Source: Lama guanicoe (taxonomy: Eukaryota). From it: DNA of 64,000 bases. Position numbers and translations under genes: made by a program. Location: NCBI GenBank assembly GCA_013239625.1, contig MU053347.1:154132-218131 (forward strand), written 5' to 3'. Below the pieces are notes generated by a model. The model did no database searches. It was not told the DNA's origin and saw nothing but the letters and a program-made list of their open reading frames with translations. Shown here piece after piece: positions 28,045 through 42,185 of the stretch; the stretch's first letter is position 1, and the number at the start of each line of letters is the position of its first letter.

Positions 28045-28140
28045 TTATTTTTATTTATTTTTTTCGAGGTACTGGGGACTGAAGCCAGGACATTGTGCAT
28101 GCTAAGCAGGTGCTCTACAATCTAGTAAAACCCACCTTCC
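28045..28140 (-). mobile_element. tRNA-derived SINE (Vic-1-like)
   Basis: gaggtactggggactgaagccaggacattgtgcatgctaagcaggtgctctac preceded by a T-rich tail. Confidence 0.75.
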
Positions 28141-29003
28141 TTGTCTGCACTTAAAAATAAATATTTCAATACATAAAATAGCTCTTAAACACCATCATGG
28201 GACCTAATTTCTGTATAGGCAATTGAACACATATGGTATTTCAATAAGAATAATTGTTGTTGGGACATACCTTTCTGAATCTGTTAATGTGCTTAAAAAC
28301 AATCATAGCTAGTGATAAACACGAGACTTGGATCCAGTACTTCTTAGGGTATGTTTTGCCATCATGGGAAATTACATTCTACCGAGAAGGCTAATTGGGT
28401 CTCTTTGATATGGATGGTTTAGCAGGTGATCAAGGCTTTCAAAAGCTGACAGTTTTGTATTTTAAACTAACTACAAAGATATCTTCTAGAAGTTGGAAGT
28501 CCTAAGCTTGTGAAGTGCCCAGTAATCCAGGGGGAATATGTCTGTGTCTGTGTGAACGATTGTGTGTGTGATTTCAGAAAGGTGAAAGAAGTTCCATATA
28601 GACTTCTGATATATTTCTCCTCTAGTTTAAGATGTAGGCATATATTTACACAAATAAACTGATATTCTTTTGTCATTTGGCATATTGGTGAGAATAAGTT
28701 GTTCTCATACTTGTTTCAGAAGGGTTGGGAAGCATGAGCTTAGAAATTGGGAGGAGAAAGAGGCAGGGAGGCACTGCACACTTTATGCAGGTTATGGGAA
28801 ACAGTAGCTTTTCTTTTCTCTTTTCTTCTAAAGCAAACTGGCACTGAATTGTAACATACTATTACTCAGAATTGCTTTTCTGATCAGATACAAGTGCCTC
28901 AGATTTTTCAAGGCAACAGGAATGATGAAATGTGTTTTAACATTTATCTTTAAAAGTAATTTTATTTTTCAAGTAAAAGGCTATAGCCTGTTCTTTCTTC
29001 CAG

Positions 29004-29030
29004 CGGTACATGAAGTTCTCATTGATCCAG
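29004..29030 (+). pseudogene. TRAPPC9: TRAPPC9-like 27-nt microexon (exon 5 equivalent)
   Basis: ttctttcttccag|CGGTACATGAAGTTCTCATTGATCCAG|gtacat = xVHEVLIDP(G) versus TRAPPC9 GAQEVLIDPG; phase 1-1, both splice sites canonical. Confidence 0.88.
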
Positions 29031-31654
29031 GTACATGATCTATGTGCTTAGTTTCTTTGGGGTTTTTGTTTTTTTTTTTAAGTGCTTGTTTCATTTTGGT
29101 GTGAATGAATGTTTAAAATTTCTGGATATTAATCTTTAGAACATGCTGATTTATCAGAACTGTTAAAAACCTGATTGTTCTTTTGTCCTTGTATGGTGGG
29201 ACACCCTATTGATTACTGTTGTCTGTTAGAGAAATTCTTCCTCTAGCCTGAAGATTATTAAGTGAATGGTTTGCAGTGTGCCTTTAAATTTCATTGAATG
29301 CGTTGAACATGATTGTCCAGTGAATTTTGAATTGACTCATAGTAATGACTTGGCTTTGTTTCTGTGTCTTTTGCTCCTCTCCACAAGAGTTTGAATTCTC
29401 TGTTGCATTTTGTATACGTGTTCACAGGGGAAGAAATTTTGCATTTTTTACACAGGTGGGTTTTCCTATCCCCTCTGAATGCATTCTGTAATTGATACAA
29501 CAAAAACCAGTTATTGCAGTGCTTAATTATTTCATAAACTAGTTTTTGGCTTAATCAGAAACAATGAAAGAGTGATAATAAAAAATAGGAAAACCTTCCT
29601 TCCTTTGAAGAATAGAAATCAGATGGTCAGGCTCCCGCATGCTTTGTGCCTGACACACTTACTCTCATGTCATTGTGTATCATGATTCGGAGATGGAGTT
29701 GCTTCAGATTTATACATTTTTGTTTTAACATTTGTGTTGAATTCTTTCTCCAGGCTGTTGTATCCTGTTGGGTTTGTTGAAAGTGTAGAAGGGAAAGAAA
29801 TGCTTTTTTTTGTTTTCCGGAGGACTGAGTTGCTGATGATAAAGAATTGAGGGTGGGCTAAGCACACAGTGACACTCCCTCTACTCCCAGCTGAAATTGA
29901 TGAACAATGAAATCAATTAAGTTTATCGCTATTTGACCAATAGAAGTTAGCGAGACCAAACTGGCTAGTTATGCCCAAAGAAAGTACTGAATTCACCTGC
30001 AGAATTAGGTGCTTTACCAAGAAGAAGCAGCTTAGAGCAATCAGAAAAATCAGTCCTATGATGAGATATAAAATGAATATAATATCTTTTATTTCTGAAA
30101 CTTTTCTACGTTAAGTTGTGTAGAGCTAAAATTAAGTTTCAAGCACCAGGGGTTAAGAGTGTGGGTGGTTCTATAGGATCGTTATTCAGGGATGTGCCTA
30201 GACCCTGCTAGAGTGGCTGAAGCTGGTAGGAAAAAGCCCAGAGCCAGGATTTGTCACCCTAGGGTGTCCTCCATAATGGTTCCATGTGGGAGACCATGAT
30301 TGGGTTAACAAATTTTAACAGACCCCAGCCGCCTGTCAAATTTAAGAAGAAAAAAATATGCTTAGTTAGTGCTTTGTAAGCAAGTGCCTGTGCATCCTCA
30401 CTCCTGTCTCCTTGCCTTAAAAAGCAGAGATAATGCTTTGCTTGCGTAGATGATGTTTTAGATAGCACTCTGCTCATCGCAAAGCAATGACCCAGGCCCA
30501 CAGCTATAAACGCTGGGATTAGATAGTCTATTATCCCCAAAACAAGGACCTGGCTGGTCTGGTGGTCTGCTTTGTAATTCACATATCTAAAGAATGTATC
30601 TTGTTCCCCTCACCCCATGACTTCCATAAAGATACACTAAGCCTTTGTACTCATGGTGGATTCTACAATCTCTGTCTCATCCCTCCTTTCCCCAAGTTCC
30701 TGCCTACTATCTCACAACTCTAAATGACTGTTTCCTTTGATTATACACAATAAATATGGGAGAATTTGAGAGGCTCGTGGAGTTGGCTCCCTACTCCCTC
30801 TTGTTTTCTTGACTTTTTCCACAGAGACTTGAATAATCATTCCATGTCGGTAAGACTTCTGCCAGCCAGAACCCACAGTTCCAGGTGAGAAGGATGCAGG
30901 CTCTATCTCTCCTACCAGAGGGAGAGAGAGAAGAGAATTGAGATCAGCTCCTTCGTGGTCCCTTCCTGCCCCAGGGCCACTCCAGTTCCCCTGCAGCCTT
31001 CTGGCCTCTGCTCACAGGGCCTCTGTCCCAGGACTGACTGCAGTCTTTTCTTCCCTTGTCAACATTTCCTGTGCCTATTAGAGGTTGGTCTCTTCTCTGC
31101 AATACAACCCTGGCAGATGTGATGGTGGTAAACGTGCTGGAGGGCAGTCACTTGGGGACTGCCAGGAGCATGATTCTCCTGAGTCTCTCATTCAGGTTAC
31201 AGAACTGTCGAGCACCGGAGGAAGCCCATTCACGTGAGGCCAGCACAGCATTGCGTCACTTTCATTTTAATTTTGAATTTTCAGTGGAGAAATTATTTGT
31301 AGCTAACTGTTCCAGAATTTCGGCCTCCTGCTTTCCTCACCACCATTTCCTTGTTGGCTCTAGTGCTTGTTTTAAGAACCAGGCTTCTTCTCTGGTCATT
31401 TGTAGCAGGTGGGCTTGCGAAATCCTTGATCTGCATTTGAAGCAGAATGCTTCTTCATGATGTCAAGCTGATTTTCCTATTTCTGAATATTTTGTATACA
31501 CTCGGCAACTGTTTCAAGTGAAATGCTCTTGTCCAATTTCGGTTAACTGATATTTGCTGATATCCTGCTTTCATGCTGAGGGCAGTTTCTTCTTCCTCTA
31601 ATAAATGTTAGCAATTTGCATATACTATTTGAAGGTACTGGCCCTAGGTGCTTT

Positions 31655-32690
31655 TGTTCTTAACAGTTTTAATACAATTCACCCATTAAAATGTACAACG
31701 GCTTTTACTCTTTGCCCAGAATTGTGCATCGCAGTCAATCTTAGAATATTTTCATCCCCTAATAGGAAGCCCCGTATGCACAAGCAGTCATTCCCATCTT
31801 CCCCATCCTCCCCCAGCTCCAGGCAGCCACTATTGTCTCCCTGTGGATTGGCCTGTGCTGGACATTTCATGTAAAATGAGTCATTTCATGTAAATGGAAC
31901 CATCTATTGTGACTGACTTCTTTCACACTGAGAAACGATTTCAATGTTTGTCCACGGTGTGGCCTGGGTCAGTACTCTATGCTTTACTATTGCTGAATTA
32001 TATTCTACTGTATGGCTGGGCTCCACTGCTTACCCATTCATCAGGTGATAGGCATTTGTGTTGTTTCTGCTTTTTGGCTGTGATGAGTAATGGCGCCGTG
32101 AATATTCCTGTAGGAGTTTTTATGTGGACATTTGTTTTCAGTTCTCTTACGTGTGTGCCCAGAGAGCAGAATTGCTGGGTCATTCAGAAACCAAATGTTC
32201 AACACTCTGAGGACCTGCCAGGCTGTTTTCCAAAGTGGCCACTCTGTGTTACGTCCTCACCTGCAAGGGCTGCGCGCTCCGCATCCTCTGTGTCCTCATT
32301 AGTGCCTGTTATACTTTTTTTTATTATAACCTATTGTAGTGAGGGTGAAGCGGTTTCTCCTAGTGGTTTTGACTTGATTTCCCTTACAGCTAATGCTATT
32401 GAACATCATTTCATTGTGCTTATTGGCCATTTGTATCTTTTCTTTGAAAAATATTTTTTCAGATCCTTTATTCACTTTTTAATTGAGTTCCCTTTTCATT
32501 ATTGAGTTGTAGGAGTTTTTTATTTGGAGATACAAATTCCTAATCAGATAAATGATTTGAAAAAATTTTCTCCTGTCTGTTGTTTTTTCACTTTCTGGAT
32601 GGTGCCCTTTGAAGCAATGTTTTATATTTCGATGAATTCGAATTTATCACTGTTTTCTTTGTTCCTTGAGCTTTTGGGGTAATATTTAAT
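31655..32690 (-). mobile_element. Old L1M 3'-end / ORF2 tail fragment
   Basis: ORF 31998-32183 (-) LGTHVRELKTNVHIKT..IFTAPLLITAKKQKQHKCLSPDEW resembles the L1 ORF2 C-terminus; antisense L1 3' UTR wording. Confidence 0.85.
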
Positions 32691-34319
32691 ATCTGAGGTA
32701 TTTGATTTAAACTTGTATATATAAAATAACTTATTTCTTAGGACCGTTCTAGGAGACGGGTGCTGTTGTTGTCCCCAGTCTATGGATCGGATACTGAGTT
32801 ACAGAGAATTTGACTGACATATCAGTGTCAAAGCTACCCAGTGCTGTGGGAGTTCAGACCCTCATGTTTGTCCCCAGCATCTGTGCTCTTCACTATCATG
32901 CTCCACCCCTTCCTGGAATCATTAATGAAAAAGTCTTTCCTTTTTTGATTTCTTGTTAGTTTGTTTTCTCATTGGGGAACTCATCTCCTCATTTTCCTTG
33001 CAGAGATCAGTGTAGATTTATTTTAGGTCTCATGTAGGCAGAAGGATTGCTACTAATTTACTTCTTTATTACTCACTCTCCAGTGATGATTGTTGCTAGT
33101 TGACCTAATCATGCTTAAGTCTTTTCTGCTCATGACACTTAAAAGAAAGTCATGACTTACAGAATGCTCAAAGAAGAAAGTACTTGAGTGATTTATTTTT
33201 CTAACCAATCAAACCAATCAAAGAAAAACCCCGGTGTTGGCAAAAATTATAAGCCCTCCAGAATAGGGTCACTGTCTCCTTGTGTTACATTTGTTTTTTC
33301 ACAGTGTCTGGATAGTATCTTGCTGTCCAGCAGTTTTGTCAGGATAAAGTGTTCGTGAATCATTGAAAGGACAGAATTTTGACAACAGACTGTGTTGTCC
33401 ATTTCACGAGGGAAAAGATCATATAGAAATACTGCTCAGATCTATTTTAAAATTAAGCTTGGGATTTTGATAAAGTTCAAGAAATCATGCAAAGATCTTT
33501 TTCACTAATTTTAGATCTATGTTAGGTACATTATTGTTACATAGCCGAGTAACTTATCAACTAGATTTGACAAGAGGAGTGTATTATTGATTATTTGTTA
33601 TAGTTGAAATATTCTACCTGGGATAAAGTAATCAGTGCCTATAAATGAACATATATGTTTGTATTTCTATGCAACATGGGAGCAGACTTCATATGTTTCT
33701 ATATAATATATATGGCTGTGTGTTTTAATCTATCTGTCAGTGTTTTTATAGTTTTTCAGCAATGTTGTAACTTTAGAATTCTTCTAAGAAAATCACCCCC
33801 GATTCTAGTGCCGTTTGTACTGTGTATCCTGTCTTATGCATGGGATTCCACTGTCCCCTCAGTGAGGAATTAAATTTCCTCTTGAGTTAGTAGCAGATTT
33901 AAAGGAACTGTGATTTCTAGGTCTTTGATCTCCATGTGTTTGCAGTTGGCTGTCAATCACAATTTTCCCTTTCCTGAGTTTTCATTGTTCAATTAGAATT
34001 TTTGAAAATAACTATTAATATGTTGCATTGGTCTCCCTAGAAACTTGATGCATTTGTACTTTTCAGTTTTCAATTTATGAAAAATGTAAATGCACTCTTC
34101 TTTTTTAAGTAGTCCTCTTTCACTAGATATTTGTTTAACTCTTAGTAGTTAAAATAATTTTTCCCAATGAATGAATCGTTGTGCATGTTTTAAAAGATAC
34201 CTTACTTTTTATTTTTCTTATTGTAATAGTTATATTCATTGTAGAGAATTTGAAAAATGAGGATAAACACAATAATAACTTAAAAATGGCCTCTAACCTC
34301 ACCTGGAGATACAGTTGTA

Positions 34320-34610
34320 AGGTTTGAAATTGAGAATTATAAGTCCTCTCAAATTGTTCTTTTTCAAGTACATTTTGGTTACTGAGACCCTCGAATTCCC
34401 ATATGAATTGTAGCAGCAACTAGTCAGTTTCTGCAGAGGAGCCCGCTGGGATTGTGATCGAAACCACGATGTATGCATGGATCGCTCTGGGGAGCACTGC
34501 CATTCCAAGAGCGCTGTCTTCTGATCCGGGAATCTGCGTGGTGTGTCTGTCCAGGTATTTAGGACTTCTTTAATTTTTTTCAGCAATGCGTTGAATTTAC
34601 AGAGTATTAT
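34320..34610 (-). mobile_element. L1 ORF2 fragment
   Basis: (-) ORFs include LLKKIKEVLNTWTDTP, LQFIWEFEG and LKKNNLRGLIILNFKPY. Confidence 0.75.
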
Positions 34611-37043
34611 TTTTCTTCTTTTCTTTGCCTTTATACTGAGGACAAGTGTGCAAGTTACCGGGATCAGAAGTGTATTTGAGCCCCGCCACTTGCTGCCACC
34701 ATGGACGCTGTGGTCTTCCTTTGCCCTTTGTAAAGTCTTGCACAAAATAAGACCTCAGTAACTCTCTCTTGAATGCATGATTGATTATATGATTGGATGA
34801 TGTTTGAGAGTCCTAGTGATGATGTATTTTTCCCAGCCTTTCCCCTCTTCTTAACTATGCCCTTTCCCTTCCTTTCCTCCAGCCTGGGTTTCAGCCTGCC
34901 TGTGGCATTGATTTTCCCTGTCTGTAGACTCTTCCTTTCACTGGTTCACGATAATGTTACAAGTGAGCTTTGGAAACTTGCTACATATCAAGAAAGTGCA
35001 AATCCATTGCATGCTAGTATTTTTAGACTGTGGTATTCTTTTATCGATTGAAATTAAATCAGCCTGACCCCATGAGCCCTCCCGTAGCTGTTTTTGCCTT
35101 CCTACAGGTGATACTGCTCTGGTTGCCGCATGTACCCTTTCCCCAACCTTGGTTTTGGAGTTGAGTAAGTCACCATCAGTGCAGCCGTCTCTTTAAAAGA
35201 TGAAGAGAACATTTGCTCCTTCTCCCTGGTTGGGGACTTGGATGAGATGAGGTACCAGATACAGAATGGAGCCCCAACTCATACTGACCCCAGCTCTTTC
35301 CGTTCCTTTCTCCAGTGGAAAAGAGTACAATTCAACAGTATAAAGATTGATTGTGAGCTAATGAGATAGACAAGACAACCGACCATTTATTAAATATCCT
35401 TTCATGCCAGAAACAAATGTATTTACACACAAAAAGCACATAAATTACGGTAGTACTGTGGTTACAAACATGGGTCCGAGTTCGTGTCCTGCTCTGGAAA
35501 GACCAGTCCTGTGAGATGGAGAATTGGTAGGTCGGCTTAGCCTCTCCCGGACGTGATTTCTGTCCTGCAGAGACGGAGCTCGCTAGGCGTCCCCCCCCCC
35601 GTAGAGGTGCTGAGGGGTGTAAATGACGCACGTGGACAGCCCGAGCACAGCTGCTCGTTCCTCGTAAGTGCAGGATCGCATAGCTTTTGCGGTGACGGCT
35701 TTATGACCGCCCTGTTTAGACTCTCAGTGCTCCGAAGGGATGCCTTGTGGTTTGGAGATGGGATTCTCACTTCTGTAAATACCCAAGAATTGTGTTATTG
35801 GGCCCTGCTGATTTGAATCTATTCTTTAGAAAGTACATATTGCAGATATATTTTTCAAGCATGCATGCATTTTTTCTTTTATTATTTATAGTTCTACCCT
35901 CTCATCTCTTGGTGTGACTTTTCATGGAATCCAGGAAACAGTCCTCAGCTACCTGCCTCTTCACACTTCTCCGTTGTGGTTTCCTTCCCTGACTAGAAGA
36001 GGGTTTTGCATAGGAAATTTTCTTTGTTCCCCTTTTCTTGGAGTCTCTCAGTCTGTCTGCCCATCTCTTATCTGTCCATTTGTGCATTTCTCTACCCATT
36101 CATTCTTCTGACGTGTTCCAAGAAGCATTTCAGGCAGCTTATAGAAGAACAGATACCAAATAAACAGGTGAGAAAATGGGGCCAAGTTCAGACAGTGAGG
36201 CTAGAAGGTGAGCCTGTGTGAGGGTTGCAGGCGTGAGGCACATGCCTCTGCCCTGTGACTTATAAGATCAACAGTAAGAGTGTGCCTGAGGCTCCCAGCA
36301 GACACAGGGAAGCAGGGTTTGTGGGAGATGCTCACTGGCTGTGAAATAAATAAGTGGCTTAGGAGAAGCCCAGCCTTTCCAGCTACTAAGGCTTAGGAGA
36401 ATATTTTGAGTGTCTTCCAAAATCAGAGTATTTCATCTTTTCTTTTGTCAGAGTTCTATGTATAGTTGGTTACATTCTATACCTGGAAATTTCTCCAAAA
36501 CTGCTTCCCACGTGAGTCCCATGGCTCGGGAATGGGGTGGTTCTGCTCATTGACGGGTGTTGGCCAGAAAAAGAAAATGACAGCCTCAAAGTAGACTGGG
36601 ATTTGTCAGTTATGTTTTGTCATTGCTGTGGATTTCAGAAAATGCTTTCACAGTTTCTCTCCATATGAGGCGGCAGCGTGCTCTCTTACCAGCATCAGGA
36701 ACTCAGGGCCACCGGATGGTGGGGGCTGACTGCACTGCCGTCAAGACAGCTAAGGTAGTCACTACAGGCGTGGTGCTTTTACGTAGTGCATTTCATGTTC
36801 TTTAATACAATGTTTCAACAGGGAGTTAATTAACTGAGTTAATTAACATTTAATAAATATGATCTTTGTTGAAAAGACAGTTATAGGCAGAATATAAGCT
36901 TTGAAGGCTTTAAAAACGGTTTCATTACTGAAATTTCAGTAGGGAAGATACACAGTTTACTTATTTATGCCTCTCTTTTAAAGTAAAAAGAAACAAGACA
37001 GAAAAAGTAGAGGATGATTTCTGTTCTTCCTCTCGGCTTGCAG

Positions 37044-37164
37044 GCGCCCTCACCTCCTGTGGCATCCATCCAGACACCAGCACTGACACTGGCTGTGCTC
37101 AGACCTGCCTCAGCCCTGAAGACACCGCTGACAAATTGAAGGGGGCCACGCCCTGCGACAGCAG
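37044..37164 (+). pseudogene. TRAPPC9: TRAPPC9-like pseudogene exon 6 equivalent
   Basis: ttgcag|GC then ALTSCGIHPDTSTDTGCAQTCLSPEDTADKLKGATPCDS versus TRAPPC9 [40 protein letters not shown]; one base short of phase 0 before GT. Confidence 0.9.
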
Positions 37165-39193
37165 GTGCTCTCACTTTGTGGGTCCTTATGTAACTGCGCG
37201 TCGTTATTCAGGATCTCCCGTTCAACATTGTGTGGTGCTGCTACCGTGTCTCCTAGTTTCTTGTTTCTGTTAGTACTCGTGTATTTTCTCCAATGTGTGG
37301 TACTAGACATCTAAAAATGCTTCTTTCAGATGAAAAATAATGTGTGTTTAATATAATAAGTCTGAAAAAAGGGGCAAAAGAGGCTATCCTGGTCCCACTA
37401 CTCAGAGATAATAATTAACACTTTAACATCTGTTTTCTGTTCTTTTCATCAATGTGTATCACCTCTGTCATAAAAACCAGCGAGCACTCTGTGCCTGTTT
37501 ATTGTGTGGAGACCTCCATTTTCCATTCGGCTTTACATGTTTTTCTACAATATTCTATCTCCCCTGGCATGATTTTTAATGACCAGTATAGCATTCTGTC
37601 TTGTGGAGGCATCGTCCATTTTACTTTGGACTTAAATAAACTTTTAAATTCCAAGTATACTTAAATGAAATACTGAAAAGAGAACTGTGGTGATACTGAA
37701 AGGCCCCTACATGCCTTCCCCTTATTTCCTGAGTATAAAAGATGTTGACAATGTGGTGTATACATTTCATGACCTTTATGCCTATGACATATATACACAT
37801 ACATACATACGTGCATACATACACGTATATGAGAAATCTATGTGTGTGTGTATATATGCTTTATTGAAAAATAAGGCCTTACTCTATGTTTTCTGCAGCT
37901 CACTTTATTCACTCAGGTGTATATCATAGACGTCCTTCCAGTCCAGACTCATCCGGTCCTTTCAGATAGAGTGGAGGGGTCTCCTGATGTGCAGGTTTGG
38001 TCTCTTGTGCAAGGACATCTTTGGTGAGAGAGTGCTGTGTACAAGGCCCTGGACCACGCCGAAACGCCGGATCCCTCAGAGCCCACAGCTCGCCGTGATT
38101 TACCGCATCATCGTCTTGATGGTGGACACACGTTTTCTCCATTTCCACTCTCAGAAAGGATGTTTGATTGGCATCCCTCTTGTACAGACATTCCTGTGAT
38201 CTTGTATGAGTATTCCTTTAGTTAAGGCTTCTGGAAATTTAGTCCCTGGATGTGACATTTACATTCATCACAGGCTCCTTTCAAGTGACTCTTGAAATTC
38301 CTTCTCCAGTGGGGAATGAAAAGCTGTAGAATAACTTATGTAACCAATTCTCTATTGCTGGATATGATTTCACTTCAAATTTTCTTCCCACCAGTGTAAA
38401 CAGTGCTGTGTAAATGCCCTGATGGGTAAATCTTTTTGAACTGATTTTTTTTTTCTAAATGACACGATTCCTAGAAGTGGAGTTGAGTCTGTGTGTATGC
38501 ACGTTTTTTAGAATTTACATATACATTGACATGTCGTCCTCCAAAAAGATCGCTCACAGTTTGTTCTCTCAAAGATGGACACTAGCTAGAATATCTTTTA
38601 AAAATATTTGCCAATATGATGAGCAAAAGTGCTTTTTCATTGTTTTAGTTTGCACTTGATGACCAGTGAGGTATTGAGCATTTTTGACTCATTAGCCATC
38701 TGACTTTTAAAAAGTGAATGATCCCTTTTGTCCTTTGCACACATTTCAGTGAGGGACCTTCTTGTTGCTTTCTGACAGCTCTTTGTATATTATGAATATT
38801 AACCCCTTGTCTTTATCAACATGTATCACAGAGCTATTTCTTGTCATTTCTTGCCTTTCATTTCATTCAGTAGGTTCATTTTTGTTGTGGCCCAAAATAT
38901 TCTTAAGATAGTAAATGTCTTCCTTTTGGGTTTTATCTTTGGTATTATTCTTAGAAATACTTTCTTACAATGGTATAAATCTCTTCTGTAGGTTTTTTTA
39001 ATCTCTAAGATGGAGATGATAATAGTACTTGTTATAGTGAGGAGAAGTTGAATTAATATGGGCAAAAAGTTGTATTTGCTGTTATTAGTACTTTCTAATA
39101 TTTACATCACTATCTGGAATTTTTCTTGTGGTCATTATGACTGGAATAGAATTTGTTTTTTCCGGGGGTTTTCTTGATTGTCCCAAGAAAATT

Positions 39194-39453
39194 NNNNNNN
39201 NNNNNNNNNNNNNNNNNNNNNNNNNNNNNNNNNNNNNNNNNNNNNNNNNNNNNNNNNNNNNNNNNNNNNNNNNNNNNNNNNNNNNNNNNNNNNNNNNNNN
39301 NNNNNNNNNNNNNNNNNNNNNNNNNNNNNNNNNNNNNNNNNNNNNNNNNNNNNNNNNNNNNNNNNNNNNNNNNNNNNNNNNNNNNNNNNNNNNNNNNNNN
39401 NNNNNNNNNNNNNNNNNNNNNNNNNNNNNNNNNNNNNNNNNNNNNNNNNNNNN
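39194..39453. other. Assembly gap (N run)
   Basis: 260 N. Confidence 1.
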
Positions 39454-40749
39454 AGAATTCTAATTTGTTCAAGTTAAAAAAAAAAACAGATAAGAGTTTT
39501 CATGGGATTTTTTAGTAAGTTTTGAATTATCTTTAGGAGAACTTACATCTTTACAAAACTGCTTTCCTCCATGCAATATATTGATGTCTCTACATTCACA
39601 CCTCTTACTTTACCCCTCAGTACAGTCCTGTAGGTTTCTTCATGTAGAAAATGGACATTAGTTTTGAGTTTATTCCAGATTATTGTTGATGTTTTTGTTA
39701 ATTTTGTAAGTGAGAATTTTTTGCTATTATATTTTTTAACTGTTTAAACTGACACCTAGGAAGGCAGATTCGGTTTGTAAATACTCACTTTGTAACATGT
39801 CACTTAAAATTGGAAGTATTAAGTACTTGTTCCAGAATCCTTTCTTTTCTGTTTTTAAAATTTGTTTCCAAGATTATCAAAATGGTCAGAGCTAAGTAGT
39901 ATAGGTGGGGAGACAGATGGAGAGAGGTAGTGAGGCTCATGTACAAACTGTGAGCACTTTCATGGCTGCCTTTAGGCTGGAGAGGCCTCAGAAGAGCCCA
40001 GGTTAGACCAGGGGTGGCTTCATATGCACTTGAAAGCCAGCTTTCCTGCCTTTATGGTGAAGCCTGCCGGGCGAGGCAGATAGTTGATCAAGGTCCGATG
40101 GAGGTCATTGGCTGCACAGAGCGCTGTGTCTGTGAGAACTGGAGACCATAGCCATGGGAAATGCTTGGTGCCAGGAAAATGCAGGGGAGCTGGGGAGCCT
40201 GTGTGTTAAGGATTTTCCAGCCCTGGGAGTGGGAAGATCAGACTCTGCATTCAGATCTGAGTTTGAATTCATCCTCTCTTGTTTACTGGTCCTCTGACTT
40301 TTGTCAAGTTATATACCCTCTTTGAACTCCTGTTTTCTTGTCTCTCAAAACAGGAGAATTACGGCCTGCTGCTAGAGTGTTTGATCAGGGTAAATGATTT
40401 GTGCCTATAAGATGCCACTTACAGTCACAAGCTCAGTGAGATATGGGCTGTCGCCTCCTCTTCTGCAAATCGGTGCTTGACAAGACATGAGGGAAAGCCA
40501 GTCCCTAATTTGTGTGTGATGCAAGCAGGAAAAAAATTAAAGTTTTGCCTTTCCCTAGCAGTATTCTAACTCCTTTGCTTCATTTACTTCTTTCCTCCTT
40601 TCCTTTCCCCTTTCCCCTCTTCCACCAAAAGAGCCTGAGACTTTCTCAGAACAATAGATACAAATTATTTTAAAGGTTGGCTTATCCTCATGAAATGACA
40701 GTAACATAGAAAAAATCTGTTCACATCCCATAATTCATTGTATTTGATT

Positions 40750-40792
40750 TACACACACACACACGTGCTCGCGCGCACGCACACACACACAC
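40750..40792. repeat. Interrupted (CA)n/(CG)n microsatellite
   Basis: acacacacacacacgtgctcgcgcgcacgcacacacacacaca. Confidence 0.9.
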
Positions 40793-42185
40793 AAAATCAG
40801 GCAACCTCCCAATTACTGAGGGAGAAGGACCACTTTTTCTGAGTTTTCATTCACTGAGTGTAAGAGCAAAGTCTCTTACGCAGGCTTTCAACTGGCTTCG
40901 TGCATGGTGTTTTTAATTGGATTTCTGCTTTGTGGCCATAGAAATATTCTCCTATTAGAAGAGAGGAAGTGGAGACATAGACATTCTGCTGAGATATTGG
41001 TGTCATCATATTTGAGTTGGAAAGGACTTAAGACAGCATAGGGTCATACATTTTTATGGGTGAGAATCCATGATGGTGTAATTTGGACAAGAAGCTGGGT
41101 CTCCTGCCATCGTGTCCACGCAGGCGAAGAGGCAACTGGGTGGGGGATGGCAGGGATCCTTCTTGCTTGAGTTCCAGGGTCTTGCTAGTTTTCATTGCTC
41201 AGCTGCCTTTAGTTTATGTCCATGAGGCCTCTCATGGGAAGGTCACTATGTCCTGAGAGACTGAGTTTCTAGTTAGCAAAAAGCTCTGGACCCACTCATA
41301 TTTCCCAGAGTTTTCTGCTGACCTGCTGACACTTTATATAAATGAGATCTAAGAAACTACTGGATATAAAATCCTTATTGTTATCATTTGCCCTCGAGTT
41401 TCATAGTAATGAGGTGCTGTCTCAGGCTGTCTAAGGCTAAATCTGAACAAAAATAGGGTGATAGGCTGTGCTGCTGCAACCTCCCCAGTCGAAGGGGATT
41501 TCCACCTTAGTTTTTAGAATCAGGCAGATGAGTTAAAAGCTTGCCTTTACCAGTTATTAGCTTTGTGAACTTTGGGAAGAAACTGTACATTTTTGTGTCC
41601 AATTTTCTTTATCTGTAAATAAGTTCAGTATTTATTCTAAGATTTTTGTTTTAGAATTGAATGAGCTAATTCCCTCATTTATACCTAAAATACTGATCGC
41701 GTGGTTCTATGCTGGTTCATTGCTAGTTGATTACTAAGGGACTCGGCAGTGAGAATGGGGGTGGGGGACTCCTGGATCATAGAGCATTTATTCCAGGATA
41801 TGCTTGTAAAAGACTAGATGTGCAGTGGATTTTTAGTAAATATCCATTCCTTTCCTAATCCGCATTGATTGTTTATATATCATTATACTAATATGTGAAC
41901 AATTTTTTATTGCAATTTAAATCTTTGTAGTATTTAAAATATGTAGCTATAACACAAATACATGAAATAAAATGATTTGACTTTTATTTTCTTTCAATAA
42001 GCAAAACAAAATAAAATAGAAATGAAAAAAGTTTTGAAGGAGTAGAAATAATTTTATTTCCGTGGAATCAATTCCCTATGATAGGTTTTTTTGTTTTGTT
42101 GTTAAACAGCATATAAAAGTGATAGGTTGTGACATATTGGAAATGAGGAAACAGTGGAGACATACTACCTCCAATGCAGTCAGTT

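Noticed and set aside
31894..32505. 203-aa ORF
   Set aside because: Antisense reading of an old L1 3' end
39110..39515. ORFs spanning X runs
   Set aside because: Artefacts of the N gap
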